Below are positions 26,573 to 36,311 of a stretch of 64,000 nt of DNA, one piece after another. The stretch is taken from contig NZ_JAQTLH010000005.1 in NCBI RefSeq assembly GCF_028714975.1, positions 53,957 to 117,956 on the forward strand. The letters are read 5' to 3'. Positions within the stretch are counted from its first letter, which is position 1; each line of letters begins with the position of its first letter. The notes below the pieces were generated by a model, which worked only from the letters and a program-made list of their open reading frames with translations, was not told where the DNA came from and did no database searches. The position numbers and the translations under genes are program-made. This stretch comes from Sulfurimonas sp. GTDB taxonomy: Bacteria; Campylobacterota; Campylobacteria; Campylobacterales; Sulfurimonadaceae.

Positions 26573-26900
26573 TTTTATCTCCTTTTAACAAGATATAGTT
26601 TTGTGCAATGGCACGCTTGAGATACGAATCAGCACTTGAGAGATCTATGATATCGACATCATACTCTTTGACTCCAAGCACATCACACACATCCATCCAT
26701 GCTTTAGCCTGCATTCCCCAATGCTCTTCAGGTAATTTTTCCATTTCAAAGGCAAAATCATAATCACTTTTTGCGTGTGTTTCTCCGGAGGCACGAGAGC
26801 CGAACAAAAATGCAGTTTTTATATAAGACAGAGAATCGATTTTGTTTTTTAGCTCTGCTAAAGAGAGATTTTTTGTTGAGCCATATTTGCGATTTTTCAT
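26547..26900 (-). CDS. mntA: Minimal nucleotidyltransferase antitoxin (MntA), pair 1
   Basis: 'LFGSRASGETHAKSDYDFAF' NTase motif. 117 aa. Confidence 0.8.
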   Translation of the reverse strand: MKNRKYGSTKNLSLAELKNKIDSLSYIKTAFLFGSRASGETHAKSDYDFAFEMEKLPEEHWGMQAKAWMDVCDVLGVKEYDVDIIDLSSADSYLKRAIAQNYILLKGDKSDISQLLG

Positions 26901-26950
26901 TTTAATCTCTCTTTATTGCTAGAGTTCTTACAATTTTGCAAGTAAGGATA

Positions 26951-27331
26951 CTACTTTTTCAAAAAACTAGAAATTTTCTCGGCAACACAATATTCTATCG
27001 AATTATTTAAAACGACTTGAGCGGCTTTGTGGTTGTCTGTGTTAAAAACCATAGGACCGACAAAATTTACAACAGAATTTTCTATCGGTATTTGAATGAG
27101 AACAATATTTAAAATTATTAGATTGGAATTTTTATCGATATTTAGCAAATTTTGTATATTATCAGGAATTTCAAAATCGTACTCTCTTAAAATAAAAGGG
27201 TCTATTAGAGTAAACGAGATATGCTTATCGTTTACGGATTGCATTTTCATAAAAATATCGTCAATCTTTTCTAAAGTTACTTCTTTTACATCTTCAAAGC
27301 CTAAAATAGGTACGCAAACATCAAATTTCAT
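26951..27331 (-). CDS. fliW: Flagellar assembly factor FliW
   Basis: 'VPILGFEDVKEVTLEKID...FTLIDPF...YDFEIP...NFVGPMVFN...AAQVVL' is the FliW signature. 126 aa. Confidence 0.85.
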   Translation of the reverse strand: MKFDVCVPILGFEDVKEVTLEKIDDIFMKMQSVNDKHISFTLIDPFILREYDFEIPDNIQNLLNIDKNSNLIILNIVLIQIPIENSVVNFVGPMVFNTDNHKAAQVVLNNSIEYCVAEKISSFLKK

Positions 27332-27454
27332 TAAAAACCCCTGTTATTTATTTCCTTAATTGTACCACTATAAGCATAAAATATACTTAGTTTAATGAGC
27401 GTTATATAACTTTTGGATAAAATAACACCTTATTTAAAATCAGGAATTTATTTG

Positions 27455-28210
27455 ATGAAATTAAAGAGTTATTTGGCAACAAGTTTGCTGCTGCTTCCAA
27501 TGTTATTTATAGGTTGTTCAAAAGATGTTGAAGAGTATAACAAGCCGGCTGTCTATTGGTATTCTAAAATAGTTGAAAATGTATCTAAGGGAAATTTGGA
27601 AAAAGCAGATAACTACTACAGTTCACTTCAAGGTGAACATATAGGTTCACCTATGCTTCCTGAAGCTACTATGATTTTGGCAATTGCACACATGCAGCAT
27701 GAAGAGTATCTCTTAAGCGAGCATTTTTTGGATGAGTATATAAAGAGATATGCAACACCTAACGAAAAAGAGGAAGCGGAGTTTTTAAAAATAAAAGCAA
27801 AATATATGGCTCTTCCAAATCCTAGACGCGATCAGGCACTTATAGATGATGCGATAGTCGAGGGTGAGGCGTTTAAAGTAAATTATCCAAGTTCTATGTA
27901 TTTAGAAGTTGTAAACACAATGCTTATTCGCCTCTATCTTGCACAATTTGCGCTTAATGAAAGTATTGCCGATTTGTATGACAGGCTAGATAAACCAAGG
28001 AGTGCTAATTACTATAAAACCGTAAATCCGCAGCCTTGGATTGTCTCAAAAGAGATAGATAGAGCGGTCGCTCCGTGGTATCGCGCATGGTTTGAGGGAG
28101 ACGGAACTTCAAGCTGGTATGAGTTTATGATACCTAGTACGAAAAGCGTTGTTTCAAGAAACTCTGTAAAAGAGGATGAGGTTGCAGGAGATAAAAATGA
28201 AACTAAGTGA
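27455..28210 (+). CDS. bamD: Outer membrane protein assembly factor BamD-like lipoprotein
   Basis: The ORF track gives 27413 from TTG; the ATG at 27455 is preferred. Lipobox 'LFIGCSK'. TPR-like 'AVYWYSKIVENVSKGNLEKADNYYSSL' and 'YLEVVNTMLIRLY'. Confidence 0.6.
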   Translation: MKLKSYLATSLLLLPMLFIGCSKDVEEYNKPAVYWYSKIVENVSKGNLEKADNYYSSLQGEHIGSPMLPEATMILAIAHMQHEEYLLSEHFLDEYIKRYATPNEKEEAEFLKIKAKYMALPNPRRDQALIDDAIVEGEAFKVNYPSSMYLEVVNTMLIRLYLAQFALNESIADLYDRLDKPRSANYYKTVNPQPWIVSKEIDRAVAPWYRAWFEGDGTSSWYEFMIPSTKSVVSRNSVKEDEVAGDKNETK

Positions 28211-30608
28211 TTATAGTGAATTTCCGGCAGATATTCCCGTTATTGTGGAGGATGAGCTTTTTTTATATCCGTTTATGATTGCACCGCTTTTTTTAAGCGA
28301 TGAGAGCAATATAAAAGCTGCCTCAAAAGCTATAGAAGAGAGTTCTTTGGTAATAATCTGTCCGACAAAGCCTTCGCATGAAGGTGAAAGAGGGTTTGAA
28401 TCGCTTTATAACGCAGGCGTAGTAGGCTCTATAATGAGAAAAGTTTCGCTTCCTGATGGCAGAGTTAAAGTTCTTTTTCAGGGTCTTGCCCGTGCTAAAG
28501 TAATCTCTAAAGTCTCAGATAGTCCTCTTGTCGCACATGTAGATGTTATAAATGCAACAAATGTAAGCTCTTTAAAGATAGACGCGATATTAGAAATCCT
28601 TCGTGAAAAGGTTAGAACGCTTGCTGGTGTGAGCAACTATTTTCCTCCGGATTTACTTAGAACAATAGAAGAAAATCATGATTACAATCGTATAATTGAT
28701 TTGATCTGCTCTACGGTAAAGCTAAAAAAAGAGCAGGCATATAAATTGTTTGTTGAATCAAATACCGAGAAGAGATTTTTAGATTTGATTGAGTATCTTA
28801 TTGATGAGATAGAAGCAAATAAACTCCAAAAAGAGATTCGTTCAAAAGTGCATACTCATATAGAAAAAATCAATAAAGAGTATTTTTTAAAAGAGCAGTT
28901 AAAGCAGATTCAAAAAGAACTCGGAAGCGACACTTCAAGAGAAGAAGAGATTGAAGAGTATCGTAAAAAGCTCGAAGCAAAAAAAGAAAAAATGAGCGTA
29001 GAGGCTTACAAAGAGATACATAAGCAGATAGAGAGGCTATCTCGTATGCATCCTGACTCTTCTGATGCATCAATGACTCAAACCTATTTGGATTGGGCTT
29101 TGGAGATTCCTTTTGGACAGGAGAGTAAAAAAGAGCTTAAAATTAGTGAAGTAGAAAATCAACTAGATAAAGATCACTTCTCGCTTGAAAAACCAAAAGA
29201 GAGAATTGCCGAATTTTTTGCAGTCAAAGAGTTGATGGAGCTAAGAGGTGTAAAAGATAGTTCAGGTGCGATTATCTGTTTTTTCGGACCTCCCGGTGTC
29301 GGTAAAACATCGCTTGCAAACTCAATAGCCGAAGCTCTTAAACGACCGCTTATTAGGATAGCATTAGGCGGGCTTGAAGATGTAAACGAGTTAAGGGGGC
29401 ATAGAAGAACTTATGTCGGTGCTATGCCAGGGCGAATAGTGCAAGGTCTAATCGATGCTAAAAAAATGAATCCAGTAGTAGTTTTAGACGAGATTGACAA
29501 AGTAGCTAAAACAGGAAGAGGCGACCCGACTGCGGCACTGCTTGAGGTGCTTGACCCTGAGCAAAATAAGGAGTTTCGAGACTATTACCTTAACTTCAAT
29601 ATTGACTTATCTAAAGTAATATTTATTGCAACGGCAAATGATGTCGGTAAAATCTCGGCTCCGCTTCGCGATAGAATGGAGTTTATAGCTATTAGTTCAT
29701 ATACGCCTCAGGAGAAGTTTGAGATTGCTTCAAGATATCTTATCCCTCAAGAGCTAAAAAAACACGGGCTTAAAAAGTCAGAATTAAGTATTTCAAAACC
29801 GGCTTTAAAAGAGCTAATACATAGCTACACCCGTGAAGCCGGCGTCCGTAATCTCCGCCGTCGTATTGCAGATATGTCAAGAAAAGTCGCCCGTGAAATT
29901 TTAGAGCATCCTGAGATTACAAAAGTTTCTTTGACTCTGAAAAATCTTAAAGACTATTTTGATAAAACCGTATTTGAGATAGAAAAAACAACAAAGGTTC
30001 CTATTTTGGGAGTTGTCAACGGTCTTGCATGGACTGCAGTAGGCGGGGATGTTTTAAAGATAGAAAGCATCCGCATTAAAGGTAAAGGGACAATGCAGTT
30101 AACAGGCAGTCTCGGCGATGTTATGAAAGAGTCTGCACATATAGCTTATAGCGTTGTTAAAACTCTAATAGACACTAAAAAACTTCAAATTGACGATAGC
30201 AATATTCCGCTCTCCGTAAAAGAGATGGAGGATGGTATAAAAATTGACCCGAGTGAAGTTTATAAGCGATATGATCTGCATCTGCATATCCCCGACGGTG
30301 CAACACCAAAAGATGGACCGAGTGCCGGTATAGCAATGGTTAGTGTTATATCTTCGATATTAAGTTCTAGAAAAATCCGCTCGGAAATTGCAATGACGGG
30401 AGAGGTTTCCTTAAGTGGCGATGTATTACCGATAGGCGGACTTAGAGAAAAGCTTATTGCAGCACACAAGGCTGATATGAGTAAAGTGCTTATTCCGCTG
30501 AAAAATTACGAAAGAGATTTAGAAGAGATTCCTAAAGAGGTAAAAGAGTCTTTAGAGATTATTCCGGTAACTAGAATAGAAGAGGTATTGGAGTATATTT
30601 TAGTTTAA
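28197..30608 (+). CDS. lon: ATP-dependent Lon protease
   Basis: The ORF track gives 28176; the ATG at 28197 (MKLSDYSEF...) is preferred. 'LPVIVEDELFLYPFMIAPLF' LON N-domain, 'GPPGVGKTS', 'VLDEIDK', and 'PKDGPSAGIAM' with the catalytic Ser. Confidence 0.95.
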   Translation: MKLSDYSEFPADIPVIVEDELFLYPFMIAPLFLSDESNIKAASKAIEESSLVIICPTKPSHEGERGFESLYNAGVVGSIMRKVSLPDGRVKVLFQGLARAKVISKVSDSPLVAHVDVINATNVSSLKIDAILEILREKVRTLAGVSNYFPPDLLRTIEENHDYNRIIDLICSTVKLKKEQAYKLFVESNTEKRFLDLIEYLIDEIEANKLQKEIRSKVHTHIEKINKEYFLKEQLKQIQKELGSDTSREEEIEEYRKKLEAKKEKMSVEAYKEIHKQIERLSRMHPDSSDASMTQTYLDWALEIPFGQESKKELKISEVENQLDKDHFSLEKPKERIAEFFAVKELMELRGVKDSSGAIICFFGPPGVGKTSLANSIAEALKRPLIRIALGGLEDVNELRGHRRTYVGAMPGRIVQGLIDAKKMNPVVVLDEIDKVAKTGRGDPTAALLEVLDPEQNKEFRDYYLNFNIDLSKVIFIATANDVGKISAPLRDRMEFIAISSYTPQEKFEIASRYLIPQELKKHGLKKSELSISKPALKELIHSYTREAGVRNLRRRIADMSRKVAREILEHPEITKVSLTLKNLKDYFDKTVFEIEKTTKVPILGVVNGLAWTAVGGDVLKIESIRIKGKGTMQLTGSLGDVMKESAHIAYSVVKTLIDTKKLQIDDSNIPLSVKEMEDGIKIDPSEVYKRYDLHLHIPDGATPKDGPSAGIAMVSVISSILSSRKIRSEIAMTGEVSLSGDVLPIGGLREKLIAAHKADMSKVLIPLKNYERDLEEIPKEVKESLEIIPVTRIEEVLEYILV

Positions 30609-30640
30609 CATAATTGAACTCTCTGAATAATTATGTTTTG

Positions 30641-30703
30641 AGATTGCCGCGCTTGTCATTGAGGTTTCCACGCTTCGCTCGCAATGGCAAGCGAAGCAAT
30701 CTA
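30641..30703 (+). repeat. Intergenic palindromic repeat, family 2, copy C (partial)
   Basis: AGATTGCCGCGCTTGTCATTGAG...GCTTCGCTCGCAATGGCAAGCGAAGCAATCTA. It lies between the convergent lon and response-regulator genes. Confidence 0.65.
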
Positions 30704-30710
30704 GGTTATT

Positions 30711-31088
30711 CTACTGAAATATAAGTGAATCTATTTTTTGTGTTAAATCACTGTTTCTTATAGGTTTCATTAAAAAGCCATTAGCGCCAAGCTCTAGTGC
30801 TTGACTTTTTTTAGTCTCATCAGTCGTTAAAACTATAACGGGAATCTGATCCATATTATTATCTGCACGAACGATTTCAAGCATTTCAAGACCATTCATT
30901 ACCGGCATAATGATATCTAAAAGAATAAGATTTACATCAGGTCTCGATTTTATTTGAGCGATGGCATCGGCACCGTTTTTTGCTTCTAAAACTTCTTGAA
31001 CATTTTCGTTTTTCATCAGCATAGATTTTAAGAGTTTAAGATTTATCATATCATCGTCTACTGCTAGAATTATTAATTTTTTTGACAT
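30711..31088 (-). CDS. Single-domain response regulator (CheY-like receiver)
   Basis: 'ILAVDDD', 'LILLDIIMPVMNG', 'PVIVLTT', 'GANGFLMKP'. Confidence 0.85.
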   Translation of the reverse strand: MSKKLIILAVDDDMINLKLLKSMLMKNENVQEVLEAKNGADAIAQIKSRPDVNLILLDIIMPVMNGLEMLEIVRADNNMDQIPVIVLTTDETKKSQALELGANGFLMKPIRNSDLTQKIDSLIFQ

Positions 31089-31101
31089 TTTATTTTACCT
31101 T

Positions 31102-34100
31102 TTAAGCGTATTTAGTAAATAGAGATTTTAATAAATCTTTATTTACTTTATTATCGATGATTTCATCTACATACTCTGCATGTTTAAAGCTATCTTTTTG
31201 CATAGAGTCATCCACTAGCACGATATGAGAATTAAGTTTGTTTGAAGAACTCAGTTTTCTTATACAAGAAGATACTTGGGCTACATCTAAATTACTATAC
31301 TCTTTATCAAAGAGCACGACTTTGTAAGAGTAGTTATCTATCAGTTCTTGAAAATCTATCAGCGAAGATGCAACTTCATATGTTAAGCCATCAATTCCCT
31401 CTATAATTTTTGTATAGAGTTTTGTTTCAAAAGCGCTTTTTTTGGCTATAAGTATATCCGCTCTATATTCAGGCATTATCTCCTGTTTTATGGACTCATC
31501 AAGTTTTTCTACAAGAGCCTCTTGGAAAACTTCCGGAGCATCATCCATTTCAACTATATGATCGGCTAAGAACTGATTTAAAACAGAGATAATTTCCGAA
31601 CGAACCAGAGGTTTAGTTGTATACTCGTCAAGACCCGCAGCCAAGAATCTTTCTCTGTCTCCTTTAAGCGCGTTAGCCGTAAGTGCGACAATCGGTATAT
31701 GAGGTTGATTGTAATCCTCTTCCCACTCTAAAATCTCTGCCGTTGCTTCAACACCGTCTAAAAACGGCATTTGAATATCCATAAAAATCATATCAAAGGT
31801 CTGATCTTTTCTTTTTTGAAATGCATCAAGACCGTTGTTTGCCAGTGTTATAGTTAGTCCCAAATCTTCAAGTGTTCGTTTAATAAGCTTTTGATTTATG
31901 ATATTATCTTCGGCAACTAAGACATTTGCAACGAATTTAGATCTATTTAGATCAAATTTTTTGCGAGACTGTTTTTTAACAATCTGTGCAGCAGCATGCA
32001 ATATGCTATAGTTTTCTAATGTCTGCTTTATTTTTGAGCAGTGCAGCGGCTCATAAAGAGTTTTAAATATATCTAAACCTAGAGACTCCACTTTTTTGAT
32101 TAGATTAGATTTTGTTAAAACTATGACTTCTTGCGAAAGTTTAGTTATCTCGGATAGCTCCTCATCGCTTACATAGTCGTAATCGACAAATATAATATCG
32201 TACTGCGTATCTTTTTGAAGCAGCTCAATTTTGCTTATACTTTTAAATGCGCTATAACCCACTCCAAAGTAGTCAAGATACTCTCTTAGGTATTTATCTT
32301 GCTTTTTAATCTTTACCATATCACTTAAGATAAGCGCGTTTAAGTTGCTAAAACTATTTTGAGAACCTTCACTGAGTGTTTCAAGATTTTCAAAATCAAG
32401 AGTGAAGAAGAAAGTAGTACCCTCTCCGACTTGACTCTCTAAATCAAGTTTACCGCCCATTAACTCGACAAAGTTGCTTGAAATTGTAAGCCCTAGTCCC
32501 GTACCGCCGTATTTACGTGTAATTGATGTATCGGCTTGGCTAAATGCTTCAAAAATTTTAGATTTTTGTTCGCTTGTAACACCTATACCGCTATCTTGTA
32601 TCTCAAATTTAACTCTTGTTTTACCGACATCGTCATTTTTGACTTTTCTAATATTTACATTGATTGAACCGGCATTGTTAGTAAATTTAACGGCATTTGA
32701 AAGAAGATTTATAATAACCTCTTTAAGTTTTGTAGGGTCACCCTTGAGCGGGAACTCAAGTTGCGGATCAATAAAACAACCAAGGTTGATATGTTTCTCG
32801 CTTGCTCTAACTGCATAAACTTCAACCGCGCTTTCAAACTCTAATATAGGGTTAAATGCAATATGCTCAATCTCAAGTTTATTACTTTCAATTTTGGAAA
32901 GGTCAAGAATATTATTGATAATTTCAAGAAGGTTTTCAGAACTTTTTTCGATAATATCAACAAATTCGCTTTGTTCCTCTTTTAAACCTGAATCTTTTAG
33001 AAGCTCGGTAAACCCGACAATACCGTTTAAAGGAGTACGAATCTCGTGTGACATATTTGCCAAGAACATAGATTTTGCTTCACTTGCTTCTTGAGCGGTA
33101 ATTTTATCTTTTTTCGTCTGTTCGATAATCTGTTCAAGAAGCTCATACGCCAAGTCGGTACCTTGGGATGTTTGTAAGTCGATTTTTCTACCTTGCGAAT
33201 CATAATCCTGCGCAACTTTTTTTAGGACATTCTCAAGGTGTTTAATGTTGGTAGCGGTTTCAGTCGATAACACATAACCGAGGAATGCAAGAATAATAGA
33301 GATAAGCCATACCGCAAATGTGATTATCAGTACTTGAAGAGAATTTGTTTGTACGTTCTGAGCTTTGCCGTTCATGGTTTTTAAAAGTAGATTCTCTGCT
33401 TCTGAGATAATGTTAATCTTCTCGGTTATCATAGCAAACCAGATACCTGAGGATGTAGTATATGCGCCGCTTGCGGAATTAGACATAATAGCAGTTCTTT
33501 CGCTATTTATATCTTGTAGTAGGCCTAGATACTCTTCCGTTTTAAGGATAGCGTCTAATTTTTTTAACAGCTCTTTATTTTGGATGCTATCGTAACGGAC
33601 CGAATCGGCTTTACCGATAATAGTAATCCATTTGCTTAAATCTTCTTCGGTTAGTTTTGTCGAGTGAGAGATATTGTAAGACATATATGCTCTCTCGATA
33701 CCTGAGTACTCTTTAGCGTTAACTATCGAGATATATAACGAATATAGCTCGCTTATCTCTTTGTCTACTTGACTATCCGTAACCTGAGTAAGCTGCTTAA
33801 TAAGCTTTGCTTGTATCGGGTTATACACGGTTGAAAATATTTCATCGAATGTAATCTTTTTTTCATCGATAAGCGCTCTTGTTGATTTGATTTTTGCTAT
33901 AGATGAAGTGACATCGTTTACATTTGATTCTAGCGTACTTTTATTTTCAGGGTTGATATCTAATGTTTTTTTCCTTTGAGCATGCTCTATATATTTTAAA
34001 ATTTTCTCATCAACGACTTTTCTTTGCTCATGCAACGATTTTAGAGTATTGGCAGCTGCCTCGCTTCCAAGATACATAGCACTCATACCGCGTTCTCTTG

Positions 34101-34275
34101 CGATATTTGTTACTATATCGTTTAAGTATGTGTTTAGCTCCAATTTGTCTTGTAGCCCTTGTGCCGCTTTATATGCCATAAATGAACTATAAACATAATA
34201 GCTTGTCATAGTAAAGAGTATGATAATCGGTAAGAGACCGATCAGTCTTAATCTGTTTTTTAAACTGAGTTGCAT
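31102..34275 (-). CDS. Hybrid sensor histidine kinase with periplasmic NIT-like sensor domain
   Basis: Two TM helices flank a domain with 'NIARERGMSAMYLGS' (NIT-type ERG.S..Y motif). 'FLANMSHEIRTPLNG' is the H-box and 'GGTGLGLTIS' the G2 box. A degenerate receiver-like spacer follows, then a receiver with 'VLVAEDNIINQ...IFMDIQMPFLDG...ALTANA'. Confidence 0.85.
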   Translation of the reverse strand: MQLSLKNRLRLIGLLPIIILFTMTSYYVYSSFMAYKAAQGLQDKLELNTYLNDIVTNIARERGMSAMYLGSEAAANTLKSLHEQRKVVDEKILKYIEHAQRKKTLDINPENKSTLESNVNDVTSSIAKIKSTRALIDEKKITFDEIFSTVYNPIQAKLIKQLTQVTDSQVDKEISELYSLYISIVNAKEYSGIERAYMSYNISHSTKLTEEDLSKWITIIGKADSVRYDSIQNKELLKKLDAILKTEEYLGLLQDINSERTAIMSNSASGAYTTSSGIWFAMITEKINIISEAENLLLKTMNGKAQNVQTNSLQVLIITFAVWLISIILAFLGYVLSTETATNIKHLENVLKKVAQDYDSQGRKIDLQTSQGTDLAYELLEQIIEQTKKDKITAQEASEAKSMFLANMSHEIRTPLNGIVGFTELLKDSGLKEEQSEFVDIIEKSSENLLEIINNILDLSKIESNKLEIEHIAFNPILEFESAVEVYAVRASEKHINLGCFIDPQLEFPLKGDPTKLKEVIINLLSNAVKFTNNAGSINVNIRKVKNDDVGKTRVKFEIQDSGIGVTSEQKSKIFEAFSQADTSITRKYGGTGLGLTISSNFVELMGGKLDLESQVGEGTTFFFTLDFENLETLSEGSQNSFSNLNALILSDMVKIKKQDKYLREYLDYFGVGYSAFKSISKIELLQKDTQYDIIFVDYDYVSDEELSEITKLSQEVIVLTKSNLIKKVESLGLDIFKTLYEPLHCSKIKQTLENYSILHAAAQIVKKQSRKKFDLNRSKFVANVLVAEDNIINQKLIKRTLEDLGLTITLANNGLDAFQKRKDQTFDMIFMDIQMPFLDGVEATAEILEWEEDYNQPHIPIVALTANALKGDRERFLAAGLDEYTTKPLVRSEIISVLNQFLADHIVEMDDAPEVFQEALVEKLDESIKQEIMPEYRADILIAKKSAFETKLYTKIIEGIDGLTYEVASSLIDFQELIDNYSYKVVLFDKEYSNLDVAQVSSCIRKLSSSNKLNSHIVLVDDSMQKDSFKHAEYVDEIIDNKVNKDLLKSLFTKYA

Positions 34276-35819
34276 TATTTATCCTCTGCTTTGGAGATTA
34301 GATTTAGTTTTAAAGTTATATTTTTAACAAAACTCTCAGCACTAGCTGCATCCGTAGAGTTAATAATAGCTTCTAGAGCATTATCAAAATCATGAATTCT
34401 CATATTTTCACTCATTCCTTTTAGTTTTATGGCAATATCTTTGCACTCTTTTAAATCATTTTTTTCAACAGCGATACTCATTGATTTAGAGAGATCTTTT
34501 GCCTCAATTAAGTAGTCTTCAAAGAGTTCATTGAAGCTATCTATATCCAACCCTATATCATGGGCTATCTGTTTTTTATTGTAATTCATAACAAGATCAG
34601 GAATTTTTTCTTGAACAATCTCTTGGGCGCTTTCTTCAATATCGTCAGCCGAATTATCCAACACTGATAAATCTTCATCGTTAACATCAATTTCATTTAT
34701 AGTGATTTTAGGTTTTAAAAATTCATCATCTGCGAGTTCAGGAATCTCTATGGAATCAGGAACCTCTGAATCGTCAATTTTCATAATTGGTACATCTTGA
34801 GCTAGTTTGTCATTTTTAAAAGATAAAACAAACTCGTCTTCACTCTTTTGTGTCTCTTTTTTAGCAATAATGGGTTCTGCCGCTACAACATCTTTTCTGG
34901 ACAGCTTATCGATTATTCTATATAGCCTATCTAGGTTTGTTTTGATTTCGTTGTTATCGTTTGATGTGTTTATTATTGTTAGCGCATCCAAAGCATCTTC
35001 TACCCTTAAGTTTGCGGCAACTCCTTTTAATTTATGTGACTGTGATTTTAAACTACTTAAATTTCCGTTTATAGCATATTCGTACAGCTTCTCTTTGAAA
35101 CTATTTGCTTGAGCAATAAAATCTTGAATAAACTCCTCAACCAAATCAATCGGTAAGCCGAGATCATGCGATGCTACCCGCGGATCATATATATAGCTTG
35201 AAAAAGGAGCTTCTTCCGTCTTCTCTTTCTCTTTGCTTATCTTTTCTATTTCGACGATAGGCGCCGCTTTTGGTTCTTCAACTTTTTCAATTACGGGTTT
35301 AGCTATCGGTGCTTGTGGGATACTCTTTTTTTCTATATCAAAAGTCGTATCCTCATAAACATCTTTTATTATATTCGGACTTAACCTGTCATAAGCAGGA
35401 GCAGACTCTGCTAGTTTAGTTGACGGCGATACGGTTTTTGGCACAGGTTTGTTTAGGATGTCTGCAGAAATTTTTTCACTCTGTTCGTTTGATAGAAGTT
35501 TAATACCTAAGAGGTTGACGATATATGCTTTTTGCGACGGGTTGTCAACTAGATAAATTGTTTTGATCTCTATGCCGCTACTATAATTTTTTCCTTTAAC
35601 GCGAATTATAGCTTTTGCTTCCGCGGCATTATCGCTGCATGTAATGTAATCAATCCAATGTACATGTTTAAAATTATGGATAAAGCCGGGTGTTTTTACA
35701 AATAAGTCTGCAAACTCTGCCGCTTCCGTGTAGAGATCCACAAGGTTTGAGAGACCGAGAGTTTTTAAATCTTCTTCGTCAATTCCTAAAAACTCTTTTT
35801 TGTGATTATAGATTAACAT
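34275..35819 (-). CDS. Hpt-domain phosphotransfer protein with two Hpt-like modules, the second lacking His
   Basis: 'SQSHKLKGVAANLRVEDA' is a canonical H.LKG. The C-terminal 'AIKLKGMSENMRIHDF' has Ile in place of the His. An acidic/Pro-rich linker sits between the modules. Confidence 0.7.
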   Translation of the reverse strand: MLIYNHKKEFLGIDEEDLKTLGLSNLVDLYTEAAEFADLFVKTPGFIHNFKHVHWIDYITCSDNAAEAKAIIRVKGKNYSSGIEIKTIYLVDNPSQKAYIVNLLGIKLLSNEQSEKISADILNKPVPKTVSPSTKLAESAPAYDRLSPNIIKDVYEDTTFDIEKKSIPQAPIAKPVIEKVEEPKAAPIVEIEKISKEKEKTEEAPFSSYIYDPRVASHDLGLPIDLVEEFIQDFIAQANSFKEKLYEYAINGNLSSLKSQSHKLKGVAANLRVEDALDALTIINTSNDNNEIKTNLDRLYRIIDKLSRKDVVAAEPIIAKKETQKSEDEFVLSFKNDKLAQDVPIMKIDDSEVPDSIEIPELADDEFLKPKITINEIDVNDEDLSVLDNSADDIEESAQEIVQEKIPDLVMNYNKKQIAHDIGLDIDSFNELFEDYLIEAKDLSKSMSIAVEKNDLKECKDIAIKLKGMSENMRIHDFDNALEAIINSTDAASAESFVKNITLKLNLISKAEDK

Positions 35820-35828
35820 TCGAGTCCT

Positions 35829-36239
35829 TTAATTTGCCCCGACGGCTTGATGAAGTTGTTTTTCGCTATCTTCAATATTCTTTCTCGCAGAAGGCTTGCT
35901 CACCGAGATAAATCCAGTTATTCGTTCTTGTTTGTCAAAGATTGGAGCGATTTCAATGTCTACCCAATAGTAACGACCGTCCTTGCGAAGATTTTTAAGC
36001 ATCCCGTTCCATACTTGACCGCTATTTAAAGCTTTCCACATCTTTTCAAATGTTGTTTCCGGAACGTCAGGATGTTTTATTATGTCATGATTACTGTTTA
36101 TGAGCTCATCAACAGTATAACCGGATATCTCACAAAATTTTCTATTAACAAAAGTTATATTACCCTTTAAATCCGTCTGGCTAATAGCTACTTTGCCTTC
36201 AAAAAGATACTCTTCATTTTTTGGTACGATTTTGTTCAT
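35829..36239 (-). CDS. Stand-alone PAS domain protein
   Basis: 'GNITFVNRKFCEISGYTVDELI', 'IKHPDVPETTFEKMWKALNSGQVWNGMLKNLRKDGRYYWV', a typical PAS fold signature. Confidence 0.8.
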   Translation of the reverse strand: MNKIVPKNEEYLFEGKVAISQTDLKGNITFVNRKFCEISGYTVDELINSNHDIIKHPDVPETTFEKMWKALNSGQVWNGMLKNLRKDGRYYWVDIEIAPIFDKQERITGFISVSKPSARKNIEDSEKQLHQAVGAN

Positions 36240-36311
36240 AAAAAACCTTTGTATAATATATTCAATGTCATAAAATCTACTAAATATAGCATTAATAGTT
36301 TGAAAAAAAAC

